From NCBI GenBank assembly GCA_963713045.1, contig CAVQKE010000004.1, positions 128,001 to 192,000 on the forward strand: 64,000 bases of DNA, written 5' to 3'. The DNA is from an uncultured delta proteobacterium (lineage in GTDB: Bacteria > Myxococcota > Myxococcia > Myxococcales > Myxococcaceae). A model generated the notes under the pieces. The model ran no database searches and was not told the origin of the DNA. It worked only from the letters and a program-made list of their open reading frames with translations. Positions 30,767-39,781 of this stretch are shown one piece after another (the first letter of the stretch is position 1; the number at the start of each line of letters is the position of its first letter). The translations under genes and the position numbers were made by a program.

Positions 30767-31084
30767 ATGGACGACGACCGCATCTTCAAGGCGCTTGCCG
30801 ATCCAACCCGTCGCCTCCTTCTAGATCGCCTCTACAAGCGCGACGGCCAGACCCTCTCCGAGCTTGAGTCGCTCGTGGAAATGACGCGGTTTGGCGTCAT
30901 GAAGCACCTACGGCAACTCGAGAGCGCGGGGCTGGTCGTCACGACCAGATCGGGACGCGAGAAGTTGCATTACCTGAACCCGGTGCCGATCCGACTGGTC
31001 CTGGACCGATGGATCGACAAGTACACAGAGCGTCGCGTGTCGGCGCTCGCGGACCTCAAGTCCACATTGGAGAAGAACCGATGA
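30767..31084 (+). CDS. ArsR/SmtB family transcriptional regulator
   Basis: FKALADPTRR, MTRFGVMKHLRQLE, GREKLHYLNPVP. Confidence 0.93.
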   Translation: MDDDRIFKALADPTRRLLLDRLYKRDGQTLSELESLVEMTRFGVMKHLRQLESAGLVVTTRSGREKLHYLNPVPIRLVLDRWIDKYTERRVSALADLKSTLEKNR

Positions 31085-31593
31085 AGACGAACGACCCGAA
31101 GACGATTCAGATCTACCGCATCTACATTTGTGCCGCACCGCAAGCGATCTGGGACGCGATCACCCAGCCAGAGTTCACCCGGCGCTACGGCTACTGCACC
31201 CCGGTGGAGTACGACCTGCGGCAGGGCGGGAAGTTCAGAGCACTGGCCAACGAGGGCATGAAGAAGTTCCCCGGTATTCCTGACGTCGTGGGCGACGGTG
31301 AGGTGATCGAATGCGACCCGCCGAGGCGGTTGGTGCAGACGTGGCGCATGACGATGACGCCGGAGCTGAAGGCAGAGGGCTTTACTCGGGTGACATGGGA
31401 GATCGAGCCAGGGCGCGGCGGCGTGAGCCGGCTGACGGTAACGCACGATCTCGCCGGAGCAGTGCAGTGGGGCGCGGTGCTCGCCGGGGAGCTTGAGGCG
31501 CAGGGCGCCGGCGGCGGATGGATGGAGGTCTTGAGCGGGATGAAGACGCTGCTCGAGACGGGGCAGGGGTTAGCGCCGCAGAGCGGCCGGTAG
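31081..31593 (+). CDS. SRPBCC/AHA1-like (START-fold) domain protein
   Basis: IYICAAPQAIWDAITQPE, GEVIECDPPRRLVQTW, LKTLLETG-like end; ATGA overlap with arsR. Confidence 0.9.
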   Translation: MKTNDPKTIQIYRIYICAAPQAIWDAITQPEFTRRYGYCTPVEYDLRQGGKFRALANEGMKKFPGIPDVVGDGEVIECDPPRRLVQTWRMTMTPELKAEGFTRVTWEIEPGRGGVSRLTVTHDLAGAVQWGAVLAGELEAQGAGGGWMEVLSGMKTLLETGQGLAPQSGR

Positions 31594-31809
31594 GCGCCCC
31601 CGGGCCGGCCGCGCTCGATCTCGCGTGGGTGGAGCGCGCCGGGTCGCGCGGAAGCGGGAAGTGGATTCTTGGTGGGGCGATAAGCTCCAAACCACGACGC
31701 TGCTGCACTAGGCTCGCCCGGCCACCCGTCTGTGAAGAAGTGGTTGCAGAGACTGGTTGCAAACCGAGCAGTACTTACCTAGATGCACCGCGCTGTCCCA
31801 GAACACCTT

Positions 31810-31881
31810 GCCCCTGTAGCTCAGCGGTAGAGCAACGGTTTCGTAAACCGTGGGTCGGCGGTTCAATCCCGCCCGGGGGCT
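31810..31881 (+). tRNA. tRNA-Thr (anticodon CGT), CCA not encoded
   Basis: GCCCCTG acceptor / CGGGGGC, D arm GCTCAGCGGTAGAGC, anticodon arm ACGGT-TTCGTAA-ACCGT, T loop GGTTCAATCC. Confidence 0.95.
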
Positions 31882-32139
31882 CTCGTTGTAATGCAGCGAC
31901 TTTGTGCTCGTCATACCGTGCCGAACGAAGCTCCCGCGGTACAGGTGACGAATCCTCCTGCACGTTGGCTGTTCGTCGCTCCGGGAAGAAGACAGCCGGT
32001 TCACCTCACGCTGTGGAGCGTTCCGAGCTCGACCCGCGTGTGGAGTTTCCGAGCGAGCCGAGGGGTCCAGCTGCCGCATCAGCTTTTGACTGACTGCTAT
32101 CGCGACGCGCATTGTACGCACGGTGTGCCCGACTGGGGG

Positions 32140-32913
32140 TCAAAAGGCATACCCGAGGCCCAACAGCACGTTCTGCTCGCCAAGGAAGCCCACCTCGAAG
32201 AAGACTTCCAGGTGCGCCGGCAGGCTGAAGCTCGACCCCACGCTGAGTCGAAAATGGTGCTGGTCTGCGCCGGTCATGGACTCGCCGGCCGGCGCGAAGA
32301 AAACTGGCCCGCCGATGACAGCCGCGCCGGCGTACGGCAGCCAGAAGCCAAACAGGCGCTTGCCGATGACGGCGGAGAGCCGGACATCCAGCGCAGTGAA
32401 TTGCGGACGGTCATTCGTGTTGGCCTCGTTGTAGGTCGAGGCACTGGCCACGCCCGCCGTGAAGCTTACGGCGAGGTAAGGCGACGGACCGACACCATCG
32501 AAAATGGTGAAGCCGACCGCGACGCTGCCGAGGACGCCTGGCTGCAGCCGGTAGTTGCCCAGCTGTCCGTCGAGGCTGCCGGAAATGAGGACGCCCAGCG
32601 ACGCCTGCACGGACCAACGACTGGCAAACCGGTAGCTGAAGGCCGCCCCAGTGCTCACTTCTTCTAGGCGCTGGCCCAGGTCGCCGAAGACGAGGTCCGT
32701 CCGCAGCCCGCCGGCACTGACGGAAACTTGAAAGGGCCGGTCGGCCTCGAGGGCTTCTCCGCACATGCCCGTGAGACCCACGGGCGCACCGACCCCTCAA
32801 GCACGCGCCACGGTGGGCGCGAGCAGGGCCGTCCAGAACCCCGCGGCCCCCACCAGCATGCGAACGCGCAAGCGAAGGCGCCCGCTGCGTCGCGTCCAGG
32901 TCGACAACGTCAC
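32140..32913 (-). CDS. Putative outer-membrane beta-barrel selenoprotein (in-frame UGA at 32797-32799 read as Sec)
   Basis: GAGAGG RBS + GTG, signal peptide ending VARA, UGA, same-frame continuation GVGAPVGLTGMC..., amphipathic beta strands, C-terminal LGLGYAF; SECIS-like hairpin. Confidence 0.7.
32767..32785 (-). promoter_or_regulatory. Bacterial SECIS-like stem-loop
   Basis: GCCCGUG-GGUCU-CACGGGC starting 11 nt after the in-frame UGA. Confidence 0.65.
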
Positions 32914-33225
32914 GCGCGCCTCTCTAGCCTGTCCGGCGCGTGGAAGCGACACGGCCCCCGATTGCTGCCTCCTGCCGCCCCTCATCGTTGGCGGACAAAC
33001 ACGAGCCCCGAGTGCGCATTGTGAAAGACAAGAAAGGTCACGCACCGCAGCGCGAACATCCACCGCCGATAGAAATGAAGCGGGATGAAAAGCGCTTCGC
33101 CGCTGAGAAAGAAGATGCCAAGGAGCCAAAACAGTGGGGTCCAAGTGAATCGAGGCGAATACCGGGCGAGAGACCGCCGCGCATCCGTGTATCTGACAAC
33201 AGAAGTGCCGTGCTGAAGTCGCTGT

Positions 33226-33277
33226 GAGAGTCCCCGGGCGCGATTGAACCGCCGAAGAAAGTTTACGAAGGCACTTC
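33226..33277 (-). repeat. Inverted degenerate copy of the att-like tRNA-Thr 3' fragment
   Basis: Reverse complement matches 33905-33957: 17/17, divergent middle, then 24/25. Confidence 0.85.
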
Positions 33278-33550
33278 CCTCATTGTTTGCGCCGCTGAGG
33301 GGGATGGGGCTTGTTGATGCTGTGCCGTTTCGGTTCCGAGTCTCAGGGCGCAGGCCACGGGTTACGGAGGCGAGACAGCCGAGCCTCTTCCGCAGGCAGC
33401 CGCGAGTGAGATGCTCGGACGGCTCACTGGAAAGCGAATGGGGGTTTGCCTCCGGGCGCTCGTAACGGGCTTCTGCGGCGACTTTGCATAGTCCGCAAAA
33501 CCTGCGGGGAGTCAGCGTCGGACCCTGGAGAACTGCGAACGCTTAGAGCA

Positions 33551-33566
33551 CGGCACGTTGAATGCA
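33551..33566 (+). promoter_or_regulatory. Sigma54-like promoter
   Basis: CGGCACGTTGAATGCA = GG-N10-GC; predicted +1 lies just before the GGAGG RBS at 33579-33583. Confidence 0.5.
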
Positions 33567-33590
33567 GGCCTTTGTGCCGGAGGCTTCGCC

Positions 33591-33716
33591 ATGACTGCCA
33601 TCCAGTCCGTATTCGCCGGATTGATGCTTCTCCCCCTGCTTCTGATGGTGGTGATTTTTGTGGAGCACTGGCTCAGGCATGCTCCTGGTTTCGGGCGAGA
33701 GCGAGGACTCGGCTAA
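33591..33716 (+). CDS. Small single-TM membrane protein (41 aa, below ORF-track cutoff)
   Basis: GGAGG-N7-ATG; MTAIQSVFAGLMLLPLLLMVVIFVEHWLRHAPGFGRERGLG*. Confidence 0.55.
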   Translation: MTAIQSVFAGLMLLPLLLMVVIFVEHWLRHAPGFGRERGLG

Positions 33717-33904
33717 AGGAAGTCCCCGAGGGGAAGGTACTACTCGGAGCCACGCTGGCCTGGCGTTCGTGACTGGCCGCATGGAGTAAAAGGCAACGGG
33801 ACGCCGGTTGGCGATGTTTGGAAGCTGAACGGCTTCTCCAGATGCCGGAGCGCTCTCCTCGCAAGTTGGCCGCGGGTGCTAGGCCTGGACGTCGGGCGGC
33901 CTTT

Positions 33905-33960
33905 GAAGTGCCTTCGTAAACCGTGGGTCAGCGGTTCAATCGCGCCCGGGGGCTCTCGTT
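33905..33960 (+). repeat. attR-like direct copy of tRNA-Thr 3' half
   Basis: TTCGTAAACCGTGGGTCaGCGGTTCAATCgCGCCCGGGGGCTCTCGTT; lacks the tRNA 5' half. Confidence 0.88.
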
Positions 33961-34142
33961 CTAGTTCAGCGAGTTCCGTCCACCTCTGCGCATCGCGCCG
34001 CGTCGAAGCTGCCGGGCGACTGCGTGCCTTCGTGCTGTCGCTGAATGACAGGGACTCGCACGTCCTGAGGACGAGTGAACGCGGGCTTGGATTTTGCAAG
34101 CTTGTCGAAGCAAGTGCTTGGCGTCCACAAAGGAGTCCCTCG

Positions 34143-35084
34143 ATGGGCCGCTCACACGAGAAGTACGAGCGGTTAATTGACCGCTGCAAGTCGCTACCGC
34201 CGACACCCACCGCAGTCGCTCACCCCTGTGATGAAGCCTCCCTAAGAGGCGTGGTCGACGCCGCGCGGGCGGGGCTAATTGCACCGGTGTTGGTAGGTCC
34301 CGCTTCCCGGGTCCGCGACATCGCGGCCAAGACAGGCCTCGACATCGGTGGCTTTCGAATCGTGGACGCCTCGTACAGCCAGGAGTCCGCTGCCAAGGCT
34401 GTGGCGTTGGTACGCAGTGGTGAGGTCGAGGCGCTGATGAAGGGGAGCCTTCACACCGACGAGTTGATGGGCGCGGTGGTGAAGCGCGAGACGGGCCTGC
34501 GGACGGCGCGGCGCCTCAGCCACTGTTTTGTGATGGACGTCCCGGGCCATCTCGAGCCGCTCATCATCACCGACGCCGCGATCAACATCGCGCCCACACT
34601 CCGGGACAAGGTCGACATCGTGCAAAACGCCATCGACCTGGCCCATGACCTCGGCGCGACGGAGGTCCGGGTCGCGATTCTATCCGCAAGGGAGACGGTC
34701 AACCCCGACATCCCCTCGACGGTGGAGGCCGCTGCACTCTGCAAGATGGCCGATCGCGGACAAATCACCGGCGCCCTGGTCGATGGGCCGCTAGCGCTCG
34801 ACAACGCAATCAGCCCAGAGGCGGCGAAGATCAAGAAGATTGCCTCGCCCGTCGCAGGCCGGGCCAACGTCTTGGTGGTCCCCGACCTCGAAGCCGGCAA
34901 CATGCTCGCCAAGAGTTTGACTTTCCTCGCTGGTGCCGACGCCGCGGGGATTGTCCTGGGCGCACGGGTGCCAATCATTCTCACCAGCCGGGCCGATTCT
35001 CTCATCGCCCGGCTTGCCTCTTGTGCCGTAGCGACCCTCGTCGCCCATGCCCGCCGGACGAGCGCAACGCGGGCAGTGAGCTGA
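34143..35084 (+). CDS. Phosphate acetyl/butyryltransferase
   Basis: LMKGSLHTD, DAAINIAP, DGPLALDNA, PDLEAGNML, SRAD; AAGGAG RBS before ATG 34143. Confidence 0.92.
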   Translation: MGRSHEKYERLIDRCKSLPPTPTAVAHPCDEASLRGVVDAARAGLIAPVLVGPASRVRDIAAKTGLDIGGFRIVDASYSQESAAKAVALVRSGEVEALMKGSLHTDELMGAVVKRETGLRTARRLSHCFVMDVPGHLEPLIITDAAINIAPTLRDKVDIVQNAIDLAHDLGATEVRVAILSARETVNPDIPSTVEAAALCKMADRGQITGALVDGPLALDNAISPEAAKIKKIASPVAGRANVLVVPDLEAGNMLAKSLTFLAGADAAGIVLGARVPIILTSRADSLIARLASCAVATLVAHARRTSATRAVS

Positions 35085-35085
35085 A

Positions 35086-35386
35086 TTGGCCTCTGCGATT
35101 CTCGTTCTGAATGCGGGGTCCTCGGGAGCATCAGCTGGCGGCGGTCGGGCATCGCGTCGTTCACGGGGGCCTGGAGTTCTCTGAGCCAACGCGCCTGAGC
35201 CGCCAGGTCGTCGGACGCCTGGAGAAGTTTGTCCCGCTCGCACCATTGCACCAGCCGTACAACCTCGCCCCAATCCGATTCGTGCTTCAGCAGATGCCTG
35301 CGGTGCCGCAGGTCGCGTGCTTCGACACTGCATTTCACCGCACCCAGCCGGAGCTGGCCCAGGCATTTCGCGGACGCTGGGCATAA
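35086..35386 (+). pseudogene. ackA: Acetate/propionate kinase remnant
   Basis: ILVLNAGSS in one frame, then GHRVVHGG, LAPLHQP, ACFDTAFH in another; internal deletion and early truncation. Confidence 0.85.
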
Positions 35387-35662
35387 ACGCTGGTCTGGTC
35401 TTCGCTTTATCTGCAAAAAATGTCATTTGTTCGCCACAAAGTAAGGGCGCGGAGGTGGCAACTCGCCACGGTTCTCCCGTGTCCTTCGCTCTCGGCACTG
35501 GGGTCAGCAGCGTGAATCAAAAGCTGCCTTGAAGACACCGAGGCGAAGGCCCCGACTGCAAATTCGGCTCACCTATTTCAGGTGGCGCCGCGGGCTGCCT
35601 CCGTCAGCGGCGAGTTTCTCGCTCGGAACAGCAGCCTCAACGGCGGAGACTATACTTGCCGC

Positions 35663-37213
35663 ATGGCAGCCCCGACGGCAGAGAAGGCCGAGGTCCTTGT
35701 GGTCGGGGCGGGTCCAACGGGTTTGGTGCTGGCGCTCTGGCTCAAACGTCTGGGCGTCTCAGTCCGCATCATCGACAAGACCGCGGAGGCGGGCACAACC
35801 TCGCGCGCGCTGGCAGTCCACGCGCGGACCCTGGAGCTCTATCGTCAAATTGGTTTTGCCCAGGAAGTCGTCGAAGCAGGGCTCGAGTTCAACGCGGTCA
35901 ACCTCTGGGCTCGTGGCAAGCACACAGCACGGGTCTCGCTGGCCGACATTGGCGAGGGCTTAAGCCCTTTCCCATACGCCCTCATCTTCCCGCAGGACAA
36001 GCACGAGCGGCTCCTCATCGACCATCTGGAACGCACCGGCGTCGAGGTGGAGCGTTGCACCGACCTCGTCGGCTTCGAAGATGACGGCGAGCGGATCGTC
36101 GCTCGCTTGAAGCGCGAGGACCGTCCCACGGTGGACTGCGAGGCCGCTTACATCGCCGGCTGCGATGGCGCTCGCTCCACGGTCCGTGAGCTACTCGGGA
36201 TCGAGTTCCCAGGCGGCACCTACCAGCGGGTTTTCTACGTTGCCGACGTCGTGCTTCATGGACCGACGAGCAACCACGAGCTTCACGTCGCTGTCGACGA
36301 GGCCGATTTCCTCGCTGTCTTTCCGATGAAGGGAGAGAACGCCGGTCGACTCATCGGCACGGTGCGGCGCGAGTCCGAGGAGCACGACCGGGACTTGACG
36401 TGGAACGACGTGAGCCAGAAAGCGGTCGACCGGATGCAAATTGCAGTCGAGCGAGTCAATTGGTTCTCGACCTACCGTGTGCACCACCGGGTGGCTCATC
36501 GCTTTGGGCGAGGTCGGGCCTTTCTTTTGGGCGATGCCGCACACATTCACAGTCCGGTCGGCGGACAGGGAATGAATACCGGCATCGGTGACGCCATCAA
36601 TCTGGCGTGGAAGCTTGCCGCTGTCCTTCAGCGCCGAGCAAACGCGAGGCTCCTCGACAGCTACCAGCCAGAACGTGTCGGCTTCGCCAAGCGACTCGTT
36701 GCCACGACTGATCGGGTGTTTACGGTTGCCTCACGGGACGGCCCGATCGCTCGAGCTGTCCGCCTCGACGTCCTTCCCCGGATTTTGCCCTGGCTATTGG
36801 CCTCCACGCGGGTTCGCCGATTCGTCTTCAAGACCATCTCCCAAGTCTTGGTGAATTACCGTCCCGATGCGCTCAGCGAAGGCAAGGCCGGCTCGGTGCA
36901 GGGGGGAGATTGTCTCCCGTGGGTCAAGCCGCAAAACCAAGGCGACCCTGACAACTTCACGCCCCTGACGTCACTCGACTGGCAGGTCCACGTCTACGGC
37001 GAGGCGTCTGCTGAATTCTCGGCGGCATGTGTCGGCCGTGGGCTTACCCTCTGCGTATTCCCGTGGGGAGCGAGCGCCGAATCAGCTGGCTTGGCGCACA
37101 ACGCGAGCTACCTGGTGCGACCCGATGGCTACGTTGGGCTCGCGGACCCAAACGCGAGCGCTCAGTCCCTGGAGACCTACCTCGACGCGCAGGGGCTGCG
37201 GCTTCGGTCGTGA
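35663..37213 (+). CDS. FAD-dependent monooxygenase (aromatic ring hydroxylase-like)
   Basis: VVGAGPTG, GCDGARS, GDAAHIHSPVGGQGMNTG, LVRPDGYV. Confidence 0.92.
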   Translation: MAAPTAEKAEVLVVGAGPTGLVLALWLKRLGVSVRIIDKTAEAGTTSRALAVHARTLELYRQIGFAQEVVEAGLEFNAVNLWARGKHTARVSLADIGEGLSPFPYALIFPQDKHERLLIDHLERTGVEVERCTDLVGFEDDGERIVARLKREDRPTVDCEAAYIAGCDGARSTVRELLGIEFPGGTYQRVFYVADVVLHGPTSNHELHVAVDEADFLAVFPMKGENAGRLIGTVRRESEEHDRDLTWNDVSQKAVDRMQIAVERVNWFSTYRVHHRVAHRFGRGRAFLLGDAAHIHSPVGGQGMNTGIGDAINLAWKLAAVLQRRANARLLDSYQPERVGFAKRLVATTDRVFTVASRDGPIARAVRLDVLPRILPWLLASTRVRRFVFKTISQVLVNYRPDALSEGKAGSVQGGDCLPWVKPQNQGDPDNFTPLTSLDWQVHVYGEASAEFSAACVGRGLTLCVFPWGASAESAGLAHNASYLVRPDGYVGLADPNASAQSLETYLDAQGLRLRS

Positions 37214-37739
37214 CGCAGCAAGGTGCAGCTCATTCCCGCCGCGTTCGACACCCAGAAACCATTCGGGGCACGGTGGTGCAGCGCATGCTTATTCAGTCCG
37301 TGGCGTTTCGAAGAGTTTCAGAAGCATCCACAGCAGAGAAGTGACGGCGAACGCGAGTGCTAAGGCCCGGAAGAGTGCTTGGGGGTGGTGGAACACGGTT
37401 GGTATGCCTCAGGCCTGCGGAGGCGTTTTGCGAGGGCCGTGCCGGGCCTCAATGAAAAGGTGGCGTACTGGTATTATGGGAAGTTGCGCGACCGCCGGGG
37501 GGGTCACTCCATCAACTTGGGGCGTGCGGGACCCAGCGCGGCGCCGAGTCGATGAGCAGTTGGGCCACGCTGCGGGCTCTGGTGCGTCAAGCGTTTGCCG
37601 TGTCGACGGACTCGGGTCTTTTTGACCCTCGCGCACACCAGCGGTGGCTTGTCGTCTCTGCTGGGGGCGAAGGGCGCTGGACCGCACCGTTCGCGCGGGA
37701 GGGGAAGGGCGCCTACCTCGACGGTCCCGAGCCGGCTGG

Positions 37740-38750
37740 CTATTGGGCGGTGACGGCCACGATTGGAGCGAGAAGGCCGAACCAGAGCGCTGACGTCGGA
37801 CCAGCGTCGGGAATCGGGATGCCGCCGGACGTCTGGTAGATGGCCCCTTGAGAGACGATGCCGACCTGCAAGGAAAGGCTCCCGGTAGGCAAGCTGTTGG
37901 CAGGGACGGTGACCGACGTGGTGGTGAAGGGCAGCTCTCCGCTGCTTGAGTTGGCTGGAAGTGGAAAGACCTGATTCAAGTTACTGTCGTTATTTTCGTA
38001 CATTTGGACGTAGTAGTCAGCATTATCGGTCGGGGCCCCGCCCGTCCAACTGATGGTGTTGGCGTCCGCCACCGTCCAGGTGGCGGGCGAGGTAGGGGCC
38101 GTGATGGTCGGCGGCGTGGTAAATTGCGTCCCGCTCGCGCTGTACACGTTCCCGCCGATGTTGACATTCACTGTGGCGGACGCGCCCTCGGCGATGAGGA
38201 GGTTGTTGTTGTCGTAATAGAGACCCTGTTGGTAATAAAGCAAGGTCACGCCATTGACGATGACGATTGCGTTGCTGATGGGACTACTACAGGCAATATC
38301 CGAACACACAAAGACGAACGCCGAGCCAAAATACGGAGACTCGCTTGTCCCCGGGTCCAGGGTGAAGAGGGTGGCCCAGATGTATGGAGCATTTGCGCCC
38401 GACGCGGACGGGGTCGCGCTTACTTGCAAGGACGGCGCAGACTCGCCGCCGCTGCCCACGGCCGTGACGACGTAATAATAGGTGGTGTCGTTGGTGAGCC
38501 CGGATTGAGTGAACGGGTTCGTCGCACCGGAGATTCTGGTGCCGCTGCCCGGTGTAACCCCGTTCGTCGTCGACCAATAGATGTTGTAGTAGCTGGCCCC
38601 AGTGATGGCCGACCAAGAGATGGTGACCTGAGCGTTTCCCGGCGCCGCGGTCACCCCAGTCGGCGCCGATGGCGCGAAGCCGCCGCCGCCACTGGTTCCA
38701 CAGCCGAAAAAGGCGAGGGTGAGGCACAAGAGGGCGAGCAGCTTGTTCAT
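37740..38750 (-). CDS. Lipoprotein with fibronectin type III domain
   Basis: MNKLLALLCLTLAFFGC lipobox; APTGVTA..ISW..YNIYW..LTNDTTYYYVVTAV..GES FN3 pattern. Confidence 0.85.
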   Translation of the reverse strand: MNKLLALLCLTLAFFGCGTSGGGGFAPSAPTGVTAAPGNAQVTISWSAITGASYYNIYWSTTNGVTPGSGTRISGATNPFTQSGLTNDTTYYYVVTAVGSGGESAPSLQVSATPSASGANAPYIWATLFTLDPGTSESPYFGSAFVFVCSDIACSSPISNAIVIVNGVTLLYYQQGLYYDNNNLLIAEGASATVNVNIGGNVYSASGTQFTTPPTITAPTSPATWTVADANTISWTGGAPTDNADYYVQMYENNDSNLNQVFPLPANSSSGELPFTTTSVTVPANSLPTGSLSLQVGIVSQGAIYQTSGGIPIPDAGPTSALWFGLLAPIVAVTAQ

Positions 38751-39063
38751 GGTAGGCAATGCTCCGAAGGGGAATTCCCCACCGTACCCCCGAGCCGGCC
38801 GCCTGTCTCTTCCCCATGCTGCCTCGGTGGGGCACCAGGCGAAGCGGCACAGTGAGGCGTGGGACCAAACGCCGTGCAGCAACCCCGCGCGACTCGACCG
38901 AAAATGTCGGGAATTGGCAAGGTCGAAGCGTGAAGTGCCGTTCGTCACATTGAGCCGGCACCTTTTCGGCTAAGGATGCAACCCTCGCTGTGTTACCGCG
39001 GCGTTGGAGGCGCGCGACCGCCTACCGAGCCCGGACAAAACCGCAGGACCAGAGAGGCACCGG

Positions 39064-39777
39064 ATGCGCAGAATCGACCGTTTGGCAAGGCTTGCTGTCG
39101 GGACGTTGCTCATTTCAGCGATTGGCCTAGCGCAACCTTCCCCTGGAGCAGCACCGTCCCCGGAACAGCGGCTGGCTGCCATCAAGCAGTCACTGGCGCA
39201 GAGCCAGCAGGCTTTGCGCAGTTACGAGTGGATTGAGACGACCGCGGTCAGCGTCAAAGGCGAGGAGAAGTCACGCAAGCAAAACCGCTGCTACTACGGC
39301 GCGGATGGCGTCCTGCAGAAGGTGCCAATTGCGTCGACTCCTCCGCCAGCCCAGAAGCGCGGACTGCGCGGCGCCATCGTCGCGTCCAAGACCGAGGAAA
39401 TGACGGACTACCTGAAGCAGGCGGTCGCTCTGGTGAAGAGTTATGTGCCTCCGGACCCAGCGCTCATCCAGAGGTCCAAGGACGCCGGAAAGATGTCGCT
39501 GGACATCCTTCAGCCGGGCAAAGTGGTCCGGCTCGTGTTTCGTGACTACCGCATGCCGGGAGACGTTCTCGGCCTCACGCTGGACATGACCAGTAACAAA
39601 TTGGCTGGCATGAACGTCGGAAGCTACATTGGCCAGCCGAGTGACGCGGTGACCCTCGATGTCACCTTCGGCTTACTGAATGACGGGACCGTCTACCCGG
39701 CACAAGTGGTGCTGAACGCTAAGGCCAAGAGCGTCACGGTGTCGGTCATAAACTCCGGGTACAAGAAAAACGGCTAG
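39064..39777 (+). CDS. Secreted hypothetical protein
   Basis: Signal peptide (..AIGLA-Q), GAGAGG RBS, typical GC3 codon usage. Confidence 0.75.
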   Translation: MRRIDRLARLAVGTLLISAIGLAQPSPGAAPSPEQRLAAIKQSLAQSQQALRSYEWIETTAVSVKGEEKSRKQNRCYYGADGVLQKVPIASTPPPAQKRGLRGAIVASKTEEMTDYLKQAVALVKSYVPPDPALIQRSKDAGKMSLDILQPGKVVRLVFRDYRMPGDVLGLTLDMTSNKLAGMNVGSYIGQPSDAVTLDVTFGLLNDGTVYPAQVVLNAKAKSVTVSVINSGYKKNG

Positions 39778-39781
39778 CAGC

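Larger units (their letters stand above)
31840..33960. mobile_element. Integrase-less islet bounded by a 48-bp direct repeat of the tRNA-Thr 3' half (attL/attR-like)
   Basis: 31840-31887 vs 33913-33960 match at 46/48 positions; no integrase ORF between them. Confidence 0.7.

Noticed and set aside
32797..33144. Independent 115-aa protein
   Set aside because: Only its last 38 codons look real (signal peptide with RBS); reinterpreted as the 5' part of the UGA-containing barrel gene
33913..33960. Second tRNA-Thr gene
   Set aside because: Lacks the acceptor 5' strand and D arm and has T-stem mismatches; it is an att-like fragment
37214..37739. Long intergenic region possibly hiding an RNA or element end
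   Set aside because: No convincing ORF, repeat or structure found by eye
38937..38948. Single AlgR-like CCGTTCGTC site upstream of the 39064 gene
   Set aside because: No partner repeat at 21-22 bp spacing; could be chance
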